A stretch of 31,069 nucleotides of DNA from an uncultured Enterobacteriaceae bacterium (GTDB lineage Bacteria > Pseudomonadota > Gammaproteobacteria > Eutrophobiales > Eutrophobiaceae): assembly GCA_964394115.1 (NCBI GenBank), contig CAYMXG010000002.1, forward strand, positions 1 through 31,069, read 5' to 3'. The notes beneath the pieces were generated by a model. That model made no database searches. It was given only the letters and a program-made list of their open reading frames with translations, and was not told the DNA's origin. Position numbers and translations under genes: made by a program. Within the stretch, counting starts at the first letter, position 1; every line of letters begins with the position of its first letter. Below are positions 1 through 12,060 of the stretch, piece after piece.

Positions 1-221
1 AATGCCCCCACGTTTCGATACGACCAGATGTACAGCTTCAACGACTTCAGTTCAATGCACAGCGTGTCGGGGACATACTCAAATTCGAGCGTGGCAAAAT
101 CCGGCTGCCCGGTGCGCGGGCACAGGCAGGTGAACTCCGGGATCGACATGCGAATTGTGTAATCCCGGCCCGGCTCGGGATTGGCAAAGGTTTCTAGGGC
201 AGTCGACGGTTGCGTTGACAT
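1..221 (-). CDS. queF: NADPH-dependent 7-cyano-7-deazaguanine (preQ0) reductase QueF, short unimodular type; 3' end runs off the window
   Basis: Hand translation from ATG at 221: [73 protein letters not shown]. It has the catalytic Cys motif (LCPxTGQPDF) and the QueF motif ELKSLKLY. Not in the ORF track. Confidence 0.95.
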   Translation of the reverse strand, partial: MSTQPSTALETFANPEPGRDYTIRMSIPEFTCLCPRTGQPDFATLEFEYVPDTLCIELKSLKLYIWSYRNVGA

Positions 222-380
222 ATTTAGCCGCGGTGACGGCGGACCTGGGCGGCGAACCATAACACAATTCGACCGTTTGAAATGCCCGGTGCGGGGAACA
301 AAAAATGCCTTCCGGAATCTGTCAATTCTTCATGCAGTTAGGGCCAACTTATATACACCCGCTGAGCAGCACCGGAATGC

Positions 381-410
381 TTGTGCGCCGCGTTGGTTTC
401 TCGGTATCGT
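381..410 (+). promoter_or_regulatory. Putative sigma70 promoter of smc (TTGTGC-N18-TATCGT)
   Basis: Hexamers at 381-386 and 405-410; ATG follows 7 nt after the -10; no clear SD. Confidence 0.4.
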
Positions 411-417
411 AGCGGTC

Positions 418-3400
418 ATGCGTTTGCGCAAGATAAAACTCGCCGGTTTCAAATCATTTGTCGACCCCACCACGCTGATCGTGCCGGGCAACCTGGTCGG
501 AATCGTCGGGCCCAACGGCTGTGGCAAATCCAACATCATTGACGCTGTCACCTGGGTCATGGGCGAGAGTTCCGCCAAGCATCTGCGTGGCGAATCGCTG
601 ACAGATGTCATATTCAATGGGTCGAATTCGCGCCAGCCGGTCGGCCAGGCCGCGGTGGAACTGATGTTCGACAACAGCGAGAACAAGCTCGGCGGGCAGT
701 ATGCGAGCTACAACGAGATCTCGGTCAAGCGTCAGATAGATCGCGAAGGCATCTCGGTCTATTCACTCAACGGCACGCGTTGCCGGCGCAAGGATATCCA
801 GGGGCTTTTTCTTGGCACCGGACTCGGTCCGCGCAGTTACGCCATCATTGAACAGGGGATGATCTCAAGGTTGATCGAAGCCAAACCGGATGAACTGCGC
901 ACGTTTATCGAGGAGGCTGCGGGCATCTCCAAATACCGGGAGCGCCGCCGCGAAACGGAAAATCGCATGCGCCATACGCGTGAAAACCTGGCGCGGCTGA
1001 ATGACATTCGCGACGAATTGGCGAAACAGATTGACCACCTGCAACGGCAGGCACGGGCCGCGGAACGGTACCAGGTCCTCAAGGAAGAGGAGCGCCGGGT
1101 GCGGGCCGAATTGCTGGTGCTGCAGTGGCGCGACCTGAATACGGTGGCAGAGGAGCGCGCGCAGGTGGTGCGCGCCCGTGAGAACCAGGTCGAGCTCGGT
1201 ATCGCGGAACTGCGCAATACAGAGGCAGGGCTGGAACGCGATCGCGCGGGGTTGACCAGCGCCAATGAGAAGTTCAATCAGGCACAGTCCGGATTTTATG
1301 AGATCGGAGCGGCCATTTCGGCATTGGAACAGCGACTGCACTCCGGTGAGGAACGCATACAGTCCCTGACCCAGGAACTGGAGAAAGTGCAGTCGGCGGC
1401 CCGCACCGCCGAACAACAACTCGGCAGTGATCGGCAGCGGCTGGACCAATTGCTGCGTGACACCGATTCCCTGCAGCCACAACTGGAAGGGTCGCGATCG
1501 GAGAGTGGTACCGCCTACGGCACCCTCGGTCAGTCAGAGCAGGCACTGCAGGGTTGGCAGGTAGAGTGGGATGCATTGCATGGTGCGGCAATGGAGACTG
1601 CGCGCCAGGTTGAAACCAGCCGCAGTCGCATCGAGCACCTGGAACTGGCGCACGAGGAAATTCGCGAACAGCGCGCGGTGCTGCAGCACGAGACTGAAAC
1701 CAATGTTGGGCAGGGCCTGATCAATACCCAGCGGCAGGCGGAGGAACAATTGAGCGAGTCTGATTCCGCCGCGGCCCGGGCGCGCGCCCACTCGGAATCC
1801 GTGCAGAAGGAACTGATCGGAGTGCGCGCCCAGGCCGAAGTTGCGGCCACCGCGCTGTCCGGACTCCGCATCCGGTTGCAGGAAACCAGCAGCGAGATCG
1901 CGGCACTGGAGTCCATGCAGGGCGGGACTGCCGGCACCCATGGTGAGAATCTGGAGCGCTGGCGCAGGAACGCCGGTCTCGAAACGGCTGCACGTCTGAT
2001 CGATGGTTTAACCGTGGACAAGGACTGGACGCAGGCACTGGAGACGGTTCTTTACGGGCGTTTGCAGGATCTCGCCGCCACTGATTTCAACGCCGCCATT
2101 ACCGCACTTGATCGTCTGGATGGTGGCCGCATCGGCATTTTCTCCGCGGCCGGCGCATCAGCCGGCGCCCCGGATGGGAACCGGCCGCCCCGCCTGCTGG
2201 ACAAGGTGCGCGCGCCCTGGTCCCTGGGCAGTTTGCTGGATGGAATTTACGTTGCCGACGACCTTCAGTCCGCGCTCCGTTTGCGCGCGAAGCTGGCGGG
2301 CACCGAGTCCGTTGTCACTCGTTCCGGTCTCTGGCTGGGCAACGGTTGGGCCGTGGCCAACCGGCCCAGTGAACAGGAAGGCAGCTTGTTGGTACGCGAG
2401 CGGCGCTTGCAGGACCTCCGCACCAGCCGTGGCAGCCTGCAGCGGGACATCGAGCAACAGGATCAGGTTCGCTTCAAGGCAGTGCAACGGACCGTGGAAC
2501 TGGAGCAGGAGGTGACCGCGGCGCAGCGGCAGATGAATGCAGCCCAGGCCAGTCTGGCTGATCTGCGTTCCACCGATGCCGGCCTGCGGGCGCGACTCGA
2601 CGCGGCCCGGGAACGCCATGAACAGGTGCAGGATGAGTTGCAGGATCTGGATGCGCAGGAGGTTCGCTGCGGCGACGAGTTGACGTCCGCCCGTCAACGC
2701 CTGGAGCGTGCCCAACAGGATGAATCCGGACTCTCCGAGCAGCGCAACCGGCTCTTGGCGTTGCGCGACCAGCATCGGGCCGCGGTGGAGCAGGCGCGCG
2801 CCCGTTGGCAGTCGACCCACGAACACAGTCACGAGATCGCATTGCGACTGGAGGCCCTCAGTTCCCAGCGTGCCTCCATTGAACAGGCGATGGAACGTGT
2901 AACCCGGCAAATCCAGAGTTACCAGGCCCAGCATACGGATCTTGAGCAGGCACGCACGGCGACGCGCGAACCACTGGCCGGGTTGCGTACGCAACTGGAA
3001 TCCCGGCTGGGAGAGCGCGTGCATATCGAACGGGAACTGGCTGCGTTTCGGGATGCCGTTCAGGCCGTGGATGGCAGTCTGCGGGAAGGGGAACGCCTGC
3101 GGTCGGAGCAGGAACGGAACATCCAGTCCTTGCGTGATGAACTGGAGGCGGCACGGATGGCGGCACAGGAAATAACGGTCCGGCTGCAGACACTGGTCGA
3201 GCAACTGGCCGCAGCGGGCCACGAGCCCCAAAACCTGTTGCCAGGCCTGGGACGGGACGCCACCATTTCCGCATGGACGGAACGGCTGGAATCCCTCACC
3301 CGGCGTATCGAACGGCTGGGCGCCATTAACCTGGCGGCCATTGACGAGCATCGCCAGTTCACCGAGCGCAAGGAGTACCTGGATCGTCAGCATGCCGACC

Positions 3401-3933
3401 TGACCGAGGCACTGACCACGCTCGAGACTGCCATTCGCAAGATTGACAAGGAATCCCGCACCCGTTTCCAGGAAACGTTCGATCGTCTGAACGCCAATCT
3501 GAAGGAAACCTTCCCGATCCTGTTTGGCGGCGGCCACGCCTATCTGGAACTCATAGGCGAGGACCTGCTGGAGACGGGCGTCAGTGTCATGGCGCGCCCG
3601 CCGGGCAAGCGCAACAGCAATATTCACCTGTTGTCCGGCGGCGAAAAGGCCCTCACCGCCGTGGCATTGGTGTTTTCGATCTTCAAGTTGAACCCGGCCC
3701 CCTTCTGTATCCTGGACGAGGTGGACGCGCCCCTGGATGATTCCAATACCGCGCGTTTCAGCCAGCTGGTCGCGGAAATGGCGCGCGACGTGCAATTCAT
3801 ATTCATCACCCACAACAAGATCACCATGGAAATTGCCGAGCAATTAATGGGAGTCACCATGCAGGAAGCGGGGGTATCGCGCCTGGTGTCAGTGGATGTG
3901 GACGAAGCCGTACGCATGGCTGCAACTGCCTGA
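418..3933 (+). CDS. smc: Chromosome segregation ATPase SMC (1171 aa)
   Basis: Start MRLRKIKLAGFKSF at ATG 418; Walker A GPNGCGKSN, long coiled coils, central hinge, signature LSGGEK, Walker B/D-loop LDEVDAPLD. The ORF-track TTG at 181 overlaps queF. Confidence 0.98.
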   Translation: MRLRKIKLAGFKSFVDPTTLIVPGNLVGIVGPNGCGKSNIIDAVTWVMGESSAKHLRGESLTDVIFNGSNSRQPVGQAAVELMFDNSENKLGGQYASYNEISVKRQIDREGISVYSLNGTRCRRKDIQGLFLGTGLGPRSYAIIEQGMISRLIEAKPDELRTFIEEAAGISKYRERRRETENRMRHTRENLARLNDIRDELAKQIDHLQRQARAAERYQVLKEEERRVRAELLVLQWRDLNTVAEERAQVVRARENQVELGIAELRNTEAGLERDRAGLTSANEKFNQAQSGFYEIGAAISALEQRLHSGEERIQSLTQELEKVQSAARTAEQQLGSDRQRLDQLLRDTDSLQPQLEGSRSESGTAYGTLGQSEQALQGWQVEWDALHGAAMETARQVETSRSRIEHLELAHEEIREQRAVLQHETETNVGQGLINTQRQAEEQLSESDSAAARARAHSESVQKELIGVRAQAEVAATALSGLRIRLQETSSEIAALESMQGGTAGTHGENLERWRRNAGLETAARLIDGLTVDKDWTQALETVLYGRLQDLAATDFNAAITALDRLDGGRIGIFSAAGASAGAPDGNRPPRLLDKVRAPWSLGSLLDGIYVADDLQSALRLRAKLAGTESVVTRSGLWLGNGWAVANRPSEQEGSLLVRERRLQDLRTSRGSLQRDIEQQDQVRFKAVQRTVELEQEVTAAQRQMNAAQASLADLRSTDAGLRARLDAARERHEQVQDELQDLDAQEVRCGDELTSARQRLERAQQDESGLSEQRNRLLALRDQHRAAVEQARARWQSTHEHSHEIALRLEALSSQRASIEQAMERVTRQIQSYQAQHTDLEQARTATREPLAGLRTQLESRLGERVHIERELAAFRDAVQAVDGSLREGERLRSEQERNIQSLRDELEAARMAAQEITVRLQTLVEQLAAAGHEPQNLLPGLGRDATISAWTERLESLTRRIERLGAINLAAIDEHRQFTERKEYLDRQHADLTEALTTLETAIRKIDKESRTRFQETFDRLNANLKETFPILFGGGHAYLELIGEDLLETGVSVMARPPGKRNSNIHLLSGGEKALTAVALVFSIFKLNPAPFCILDEVDAPLDDSNTARFSQLVAEMARDVQFIFITHNKITMEIAEQLMGVTMQEAGVSRLVSVDVDEAVRMAATA

Positions 3934-3960
3934 GCGGGCACCCCACGCAGGGAGTCATGT

Positions 3961-4626
3961 GTGACTGATCTGCGCGTGGTCCTGCTGGTGGCCGGCGTCC
4001 TGATCCTGGTGCTGATCTGGATGCTGGAAATGCGTCGTGAACGCAATGTGCAACGCCACCGCACTGTGTTGCGGCAGCGGTCAACACCCTCCTATCACGA
4101 CGAAAAAGAGCCTGTGTACCGGGACGAAAACCCGGATCCACACGCGCAGACTGCGGATCTGCCGCCCATGTCCCCAACGGGAACCGGACGGCGCGCGGAC
4201 GCAGAATCAGCTGGACCGGCGCCGGCAGATTTCATTGCCATTCATGTGCAGGGCGCAGCCAAGTCCACGTTTGCTCTCAGCGCGGTGTTCAGCGCCGCAG
4301 AATCCGCCGGGCTGGTATTCGGCGATCGGCAGATATTCCACATGCCTGGAGTAAACAGCAGTGCCGCCCCCCTGTTCAGCATGGCCAGCATGCTGGAACC
4401 AGGAACGTTTTCGAGGGATGACACGGCCCAGCCAACCCGTGGACTTACGCTGTTCATGTGTCTGCCCACGGACACAGATGCGAGCATCGTTTTTGATCTC
4501 ATGCTGCACACGGCGGAGCTGCTGGCCACCAGTCTGGGCGGAGTCGTGAATGGCATGGACCGCCAGCCCTTGAGCCAGGATCGCATCGCGGCCCTGAGGC
4601 AAAAGGTCGCCGGCCGGGGATCCTGA
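3961..4626 (+). CDS. zipA: Cell division protein ZipA (N-terminal TM anchor plus C-terminal FtsZ-binding domain)
   Basis: Hydrophobic N-terminus LRVVLLVAGVLILVLIWML followed by basic residues; C-terminal GLVFGDRQIFH...LFSMASMLEPGTF...GLTLFM; smc-zipA-ligA order; GGGAG SD before GTG. Confidence 0.88.
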   Translation: MTDLRVVLLVAGVLILVLIWMLEMRRERNVQRHRTVLRQRSTPSYHDEKEPVYRDENPDPHAQTADLPPMSPTGTGRRADAESAGPAPADFIAIHVQGAAKSTFALSAVFSAAESAGLVFGDRQIFHMPGVNSSAAPLFSMASMLEPGTFSRDDTAQPTRGLTLFMCLPTDTDASIVFDLMLHTAELLATSLGGVVNGMDRQPLSQDRIAALRQKVAGRGS

Positions 4627-6651
<2,025 letters not shown>

Positions 6652-6658
6652 GCCAGCG

Positions 6659-8275
6659 TTATCGGGCCGGGTCGTTACCGCGACGGCGCGGACCCAGGAT
6701 GGTGTCATGGGCCGGCACGTCCCGGCCCGCCTCCGGAAAATCAAGTGAGTAATGCAGGCCGCGGCTTTCTTTGCGCAGGATGGCCGACTCGATGATCAAG
6801 GCGGCGACGTCTGCCAGGTTGCGCAATTCGATGAGGTCACTGGTGAGCCGGAAATTGCCGTAATAATCCTGGATTTCGGCCTGCAACAGGCTGGAACGGT
6901 GGCGTGCGCGCTGCAAGCGCTTGTTGGTGCGCACGATGCCCACGTAGTCCCACATGAAGCGGCGAATCTCGTCCCAGTTGTGCGCCACCACCACTTCCTC
7001 ATCCGAATCGGCGACCTGGCTCTCATCCCATTCAGGCGCGGCCGGCGGCAGCTGGACCTCCTGCATGCGCGCGCGGATATCGGTGGCGGCGGCCGCGGCA
7101 AATACGACGCATTCCAGCAGGGAATTACTCGCCATGCGGTTGGCGCCGTGGAGCCCGGAGCAGGAAACTTCGCCGATGGCGTACAGGCATTCCAGATCCG
7201 CACGACCACGTAAATTGATAAGTACTCCGCCACAGGTGTAATGGGCCGCGGGCACCACTGGAATAGGCCCCTTGGTCAGGTCGAATCCATACTGCAGGCA
7301 GCGCGCATAGATGGTCGGGAAATGCTCGACGATGAAATCTGGCGGACGATGGCTGATATCCAGGTAAACACATTCGCTGCCGAGGCGCTTTATTTCATGA
7401 TCGATGGCGCGGGCCACGATATCCCGGGGCGCCAATTCCGCCCGCGGGTCGAAGCGCGGCATGAAACGGGTGCCGTCGGGCAGCAACAGTTGCGCCCCTT
7501 CGCCACGCAATGCCTCCGAGATCAGAAAGGACTTCGCCGCAGCGTGATACAGGCAGGTGGGGTGGAACTGGATGAATTCCATGTTGGCAATGCGGCAACC
7601 GGCGCGCCAGGCCATGGCAATGCCGTCGCCGGTGCATATGTCGGGATTGCTGGTATACAGGTACACCTTGCCGGCGCCGCCGGTGGCCAGCACGGTGAAA
7701 CGGGCACGAAACACGCTTACAGCGCCGGTTTTGCCATCAAAAACGTAGGCCCCAAGACAACGCCCGTTGGGCGTGCCCAGATGCCGCCCGGTAATCAGGT
7801 CCACGGCAGTATGAAACTCGAACAGGCTGATGTTGGCGTGGCTTCTGGCCTGACCCTCGAGCGACGTCTCAATGGCCTTTCCGGTGGAGTCCGCGGCATG
7901 GAATATGCGCCGGTGGCTGTGCCCCCCCTCCTGGTGGAGGTGGTATTCCGTTCCCCCGGGCTCACGGGTAAAGTTCACCCCGATCCGGTCCAGCCACTGG
8001 ATGCTTTCGGGACCGTGCTGGACCACATACCGGACCACGTCCTCCCGGCACAACCCGGCACCCGCCTCCAGTGTGTCCTGCACATGGGAGGTGAGGGAAT
8101 CGCAGGCATCCCGGACCGCGGACACCCCTCCCTGTGCGTAAAGCGTGGCCCCTTCTGCCAGGACGGCCTTTGACAGGACCGCCACCCGGGCGAAATCCGC
8201 CAGCCGCAAGGCGACGCTGAGACCCGCAGCCCCGCTCCCGATTACCAGAACATCGAACTCGTATTGGTTACCCAT
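6659..8275 (-). CDS. nadB: L-aspartate oxidase (538 aa)
   Basis: FAD motif [10 protein letters not shown] right after ATG 8275, [35 protein letters not shown]; divergent from rpoE. Confidence 0.97.
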   Translation of the reverse strand: MGNQYEFDVLVIGSGAAGLSVALRLADFARVAVLSKAVLAEGATLYAQGGVSAVRDACDSLTSHVQDTLEAGAGLCREDVVRYVVQHGPESIQWLDRIGVNFTREPGGTEYHLHQEGGHSHRRIFHAADSTGKAIETSLEGQARSHANISLFEFHTAVDLITGRHLGTPNGRCLGAYVFDGKTGAVSVFRARFTVLATGGAGKVYLYTSNPDICTGDGIAMAWRAGCRIANMEFIQFHPTCLYHAAAKSFLISEALRGEGAQLLLPDGTRFMPRFDPRAELAPRDIVARAIDHEIKRLGSECVYLDISHRPPDFIVEHFPTIYARCLQYGFDLTKGPIPVVPAAHYTCGGVLINLRGRADLECLYAIGEVSCSGLHGANRMASNSLLECVVFAAAAATDIRARMQEVQLPPAAPEWDESQVADSDEEVVVAHNWDEIRRFMWDYVGIVRTNKRLQRARHRSSLLQAEIQDYYGNFRLTSDLIELRNLADVAALIIESAILRKESRGLHYSLDFPEAGRDVPAHDTILGPRRRGNDPAR

Positions 8276-8307
8276 GAGTATTGAGATAATATAGATAAAA
8301 AATTGCC

Positions 8308-8320
8308 TAAGCCATTGATT
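8308..8320 (-). promoter_or_regulatory. IHF-consensus site in the nadB-rpoE spacer
   Basis: Minus strand AATCAA-TGGC-TTA is a perfect match to WATCAANNNNTTR, in an AT-rich spacer. Confidence 0.55.
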
Positions 8321-8413
8321 AAGAGCGAAACTTAGCCCTGAATCTCTGCGCCGCCACGGCAGGCGGCGCGCGAGAATCTCCACCGTTGCACACTCCAGGC
8401 ACGCGAAAACCCC

Positions 8414-8992
8414 ATGGGAAGTGAGGTTACAGATCAGATTCTGGTGCAGCGCGTCAAGCGGGGCGAAAAGGCCGCCTTTGACGCCCTGGTGCTGCGTTAC
8501 CAGTCCCGGATTGTGAGCCTGGTTTCACGCTTTGTACGGAACCCAACCGATGCTTTGGATGTCACACAGGAGGCGTTCCTGAAGGCATACCGCGCGCTGC
8601 CCAGTTTTCGGGGGGAGAGCGCCTTCTACACCTGGATGTACCGGATTGCGGTCAATACCGCCAAGAATTATCTGGCGGCCCAGGTTCGCCGACCGCAGGA
8701 GATGGACTCTCCGGACCCGGATCTTGAACAGTTTGAGCTGGAAAACGCGGCAGTGGAAATGGATACTCCGGAGCACCTGCTATTGACGGAAGAAATTCAG
8801 AATACGGTCATTGCAGCCATTGATGCCCTGCCCGAGGATCTGCGCACGGCAATCACATTGCGTGAACTGGACGGGCTGAGTTATGAGGAAATAGCGGTTG
8901 CCATGGAGTGCCCGGTGGGCACCGTGCGTTCGCGCATATTTCGCGCACGCGAGGCCATCGACCTGAAATTGAAACCCTTGTTGGACAACTGA
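8414..8992 (+). CDS. rpoE: ECF sigma factor RpoE (sigma24/AlgU) (192 aa)
   Basis: [34 protein letters not shown], region 4 [28 protein letters not shown]. Confidence 0.98.
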   Translation: MGSEVTDQILVQRVKRGEKAAFDALVLRYQSRIVSLVSRFVRNPTDALDVTQEAFLKAYRALPSFRGESAFYTWMYRIAVNTAKNYLAAQVRRPQEMDSPDPDLEQFELENAAVEMDTPEHLLLTEEIQNTVIAAIDALPEDLRTAITLRELDGLSYEEIAVAMECPVGTVRSRIFRAREAIDLKLKPLLDN

Positions 8993-9001
8993 GACGTGGC
9001 C

Positions 9002-9592
9002 ATGAACGAGAAAAAACTGGAAGCATTGTCAGCGCTGATGGACGGAGAGTGCTTTGATTCCGACTCCGGTTCCTTGAACGGTTGGACGCGCGATGAAGGC
9101 ATGCGGGCGACCTGGGGCCGCTACCATCTCATCTCCGATTGCATCCGCGGCACGTTGCCGCGGCACCTGGATACGGCGCTGGCAGGGCGCATTGCCATGG
9201 CTCTCAGAAGTGAGCCTGCCATACTGGCACCCGATGCGGTGACGTCGCGCCCGTGGTTGAAGCCGCTGGCCGGCATGGCGATTGCGGCATCGGTTGCGAC
9301 CCTCGCTGTCGTTGGCATCCAGGTAAGCAGAACTGAAACCCCGGGCGCGGGACCGGAACCGTCCGTGGCCAGCCAGATGCCCGCAATTCCCGGCGGATCC
9401 GGCGGGCAACTCAACCTGGCGGCAGGGAATGGCGAGACGCGACCGATACGTCCGCTCGACCCGGCGCGCCGCGCCGATGCCCGTTTGAACCGCTACCTGA
9501 TCAACTACAACGAACAGCGTAGCAATGACGCCGTTCAGGGCATGCCGCCCTTTGTTCGTGTCATTGTGGAAGGTCAGGAACAACAGCAATAA
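9002..9592 (+). CDS. rseA: Anti-sigma factor RseA/MucA
   Basis: EALSALMDGE...WGRYHLISDCIRG N-terminal domain, single TM (LAGMAIAASVATLAVVGI), C-terminal LNRYLINYNE. The alternative GTG start is 8996. Confidence 0.93.
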   Translation: MNEKKLEALSALMDGECFDSDSGSLNGWTRDEGMRATWGRYHLISDCIRGTLPRHLDTALAGRIAMALRSEPAILAPDAVTSRPWLKPLAGMAIAASVATLAVVGIQVSRTETPGAGPEPSVASQMPAIPGGSGGQLNLAAGNGETRPIRPLDPARRADARLNRYLINYNEQRSNDAVQGMPPFVRVIVEGQEQQQ

Positions 9593-9599
9593 CCCACGC

Positions 9600-10562
9600 A
9601 TGTCCAGGCGCGGCGCAGGTCTGATCCTGCTTGGCTTCTTGTCTGTGCGGGCGTTCAGCGCCGAACCCGCACCCCTGCCGGCCCTCGAACTGGTCAACCG
9701 CATGTCGCATGCAGTCAGGACCACGGATTATGACGGTGTCTTCATTTATCGGCACGAACGTCAGACCGACGCCATGCGGCTTATCCACCGCGGCACTTCC
9801 GGCGCGGAACAGGAGCGCCTCATTTCCCTCACCGGCAAACCGCGCGAAGTAATTCGCAATGGCGACACCGTGACCTGCATCTATCCTGAGGATCAGGCGG
9901 TCATGGTGGCAAAGACGAAGCCCCGCAGTTACGTGGTGCAACTCAAGGAGTCCGCCGAAAGCCACGCGAAAAATTATGCCTTTGCACTGGCCGGAGACGA
10001 TCGCGTGGCCGGCAGGGACACCTGGGTGGTCAGCATCCGCCCCATGGACGTCTACCGCTATGGGTACCAGATGTGGATAGACAAGGAATCGTTCCTGCCG
10101 TTGAAAACCGAATTACGCAGCCGCTCCGGTACGGCCATTGAAGAGGTCATGTTTACCGAGATTAAGGTGTTGTCCGGGATCCCGGAGGAACAGTTACAGC
10201 CTGGTATCGCCGGACAGGGGTTTACCTGGTTTCACGCCGCTGCCGCGGAGGAGCGCGGCCCGGCCATTGGGGGCAAATGGCGGGTGACATGGATGCCGGA
10301 GGGTTTTCGCATCAGTCATCATGAACGCCAGTCCCTGGTGGCAAGCGGAGATCCCGTGGATCATCTGGTCTACACGGACGGCGTGGCCAGTGTCTCGGTA
10401 TTTGTCGAGCGCCTGCACGATGCCACGCCACAGGTGGGTGCGCGAAGAATTGGGGGAATCAGCGCCTTTGGCAAGCTCGAGCAGGGTCATCAGATCACCG
10501 CCGTGGGAGAAGTGCCACCGGCGACCGTGCAACGAATGGCAAATTCCGTCGTTTCCGATTGA
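9600..10562 (+). CDS. rseB: Periplasmic sigmaE regulator RseB/MucB
   Basis: Signal peptide after ATG 9600; YDGVFIY, ERLISLTG, YGYQMWIDKESFLPLK, HLVYTDGVASVSVFVE, ITAVGEVP. Confidence 0.93.
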   Translation: MSRRGAGLILLGFLSVRAFSAEPAPLPALELVNRMSHAVRTTDYDGVFIYRHERQTDAMRLIHRGTSGAEQERLISLTGKPREVIRNGDTVTCIYPEDQAVMVAKTKPRSYVVQLKESAESHAKNYAFALAGDDRVAGRDTWVVSIRPMDVYRYGYQMWIDKESFLPLKTELRSRSGTAIEEVMFTEIKVLSGIPEEQLQPGIAGQGFTWFHAAAAEERGPAIGGKWRVTWMPEGFRISHHERQSLVASGDPVDHLVYTDGVASVSVFVERLHDATPQVGARRIGGISAFGKLEQGHQITAVGEVPPATVQRMANSVVSD

Positions 10563-10577
10563 GCAAGGATAACTTAC

Positions 10578-12050
10578 ATGCAAGTCGCCAGTGCCAGATG
10601 TCCCGGTTCCATTGACATGGTCCCGTTCCGATCCGCGACTGCCGGCGTGGTAGTCGCAACCGCCATCGCCTGGCTCTTGTTTGCCGCTCCAGCGCAGGCG
10701 GCACGAGAGTTGCCGGATTTCACCCGCCTTGCCGATGACAATTCACCATCGGTGGTGAACATCAGTGTCACCCTCAAGGAGGGCGGGGACATGTCGCAGA
10801 TGTTCGGCCTGCCGGACATCCCGGAAGACAGCCCCATGTACGAGTTCTTCCGCAAGTTTCTCGAACAACTGCCCGAGGATCGTCGTCCGAGGCAGGAACG
10901 GGCATCATCCGGCTCCGGTTTCGTCATCGCGCGTGACGGGTACATCATCACGAATTTTCATGTCGTCCATGATGCCGCGGAGATTATCGTGCGCCTGTTT
11001 GATCGGCGCGAATTGCAGGCCAAGCTTGTGGGATCCGATGAACGCAGCGACATTGCCGTGTTGAAAGTGGAGGCACAGGACCTGCCGGCGGTCAAACTGG
11101 GTGATTCGTCAAGCTTGCGCGTAGGTGAATGGGTCTTGGCCATCGGTTCCCCATTTGGTTTCGAGCGATCGGTTACCGCCGGGATCGTCAGCGCGATTGG
11201 CCGCAGCCTGCCGAATGAGAACTACATTCCGTTCATTCAGACCGATGTGGCCATCAATCCCGGTAATTCCGGCGGCCCACTGTTCAACCTGGACGGTGAA
11301 GTGGTCGGTGTGAACTCGCAGATTTATTCGCGTACCGGCGGTTTCATGGGCCTTGCGTTCGCGGTACCCATCAATGTCGCCCAGGATGTTTACCGGCAGT
11401 TGCGTGACCATGGCCGCGTGAGCCGCGGCTGGCTGGGCGTGCTCATCCAGGACGTCACGCGGGAATTGGCGGAATCGTTCAAGATGGAGCGACCGCAAGG
11501 GGCCCTGGTATCCAAGGTTCTGCCGGATAGCCCGGCTGCCGAGGCAGGTATCGAGGTGGGCGATGTGATCGTGAAATTCGCTGGTAGTGAAATCGGAAAT
11601 TCCTCGGAACTCCCGCCCCTGGTCGGAGCTGCAAAAGTCGGCGGCCATGCGCAAGTGGAAATCGTGCGCCGCGGCAAGAAAGTCAACTTGAAGGTGATGG
11701 TTGCCGAACTGCCGGAGCAAGCCACCCAGGACCAGGAACCCCGCCGCCAGCAAGGAGCGCCGGCAACCGAGAATCCATTGAACCTGCAAGTGCTGGACCT
11801 TACCGAGGCGCAGCGCCAGGAAATGGAGATTTCAGGCCCGGCGATCGTGGTCACCGCCGTTGACGCCGGGCCTGCCGCGGAGGCGGGTATTCAGCGCGGG
11901 GATATCATACTCATGCTCAACAACACCAAGATCTCGTCCGTGGCCCAGTTCATCACCCAGACCAAGGAACTACCGCGGGATCGGTCCATCCCGGTGCTGG
12001 TGCAACGCCGCGGCAACCCGATTTTTCTCGCCTTGCGCATCCCCCAATGA
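10578..12050 (+). CDS. degP: HtrA-family periplasmic serine protease (DegP/DegQ/MucD-like), two PDZ domains
   Basis: Triad motifs TNFHV, DIAVL, GNSGGPL; SSGSGF; two PDZ domains; AAGGA SD before ATG 10578. DegP versus DegQ cannot be resolved by eye. Confidence 0.92.
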   Translation: MQVASARCPGSIDMVPFRSATAGVVVATAIAWLLFAAPAQAARELPDFTRLADDNSPSVVNISVTLKEGGDMSQMFGLPDIPEDSPMYEFFRKFLEQLPEDRRPRQERASSGSGFVIARDGYIITNFHVVHDAAEIIVRLFDRRELQAKLVGSDERSDIAVLKVEAQDLPAVKLGDSSSLRVGEWVLAIGSPFGFERSVTAGIVSAIGRSLPNENYIPFIQTDVAINPGNSGGPLFNLDGEVVGVNSQIYSRTGGFMGLAFAVPINVAQDVYRQLRDHGRVSRGWLGVLIQDVTRELAESFKMERPQGALVSKVLPDSPAAEAGIEVGDVIVKFAGSEIGNSSELPPLVGAAKVGGHAQVEIVRRGKKVNLKVMVAELPEQATQDQEPRRQQGAPATENPLNLQVLDLTEAQRQEMEISGPAIVVTAVDAGPAAEAGIQRGDIILMLNNTKISSVAQFITQTKELPRDRSIPVLVQRRGNPIFLALRIPQ

Positions 12051-12060
12051 CACGGGGCCC

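Noticed and set aside
181-417. 79-aa N-terminal extension of SMC in the ORF track
   Set aside because: It overlaps queF antisense and its promoter region; canonical SMC begins MRL.KI.L.GFKSF at ATG 418.
2158-3843. 561-aa antisense ORF, plus similar long shadows (5454-6545, 5884-6744, 7241-8173, 16225-17595, 19105-19932, 23624-24622)
   Set aside because: They lie opposite well-supported genes, have no motifs, and are expected from GC-rich codon usage depleting antisense stops.
8327-8356. GAAACTT as a sigmaE -35
   Set aside because: No matching -10 at 15-17 nt.
8276-8383. 36-aa upstream extension of NadB
   Set aside because: It crosses the AT-rich promoter/IHF region; the FAD-binding motif starts right after Met at 8275.
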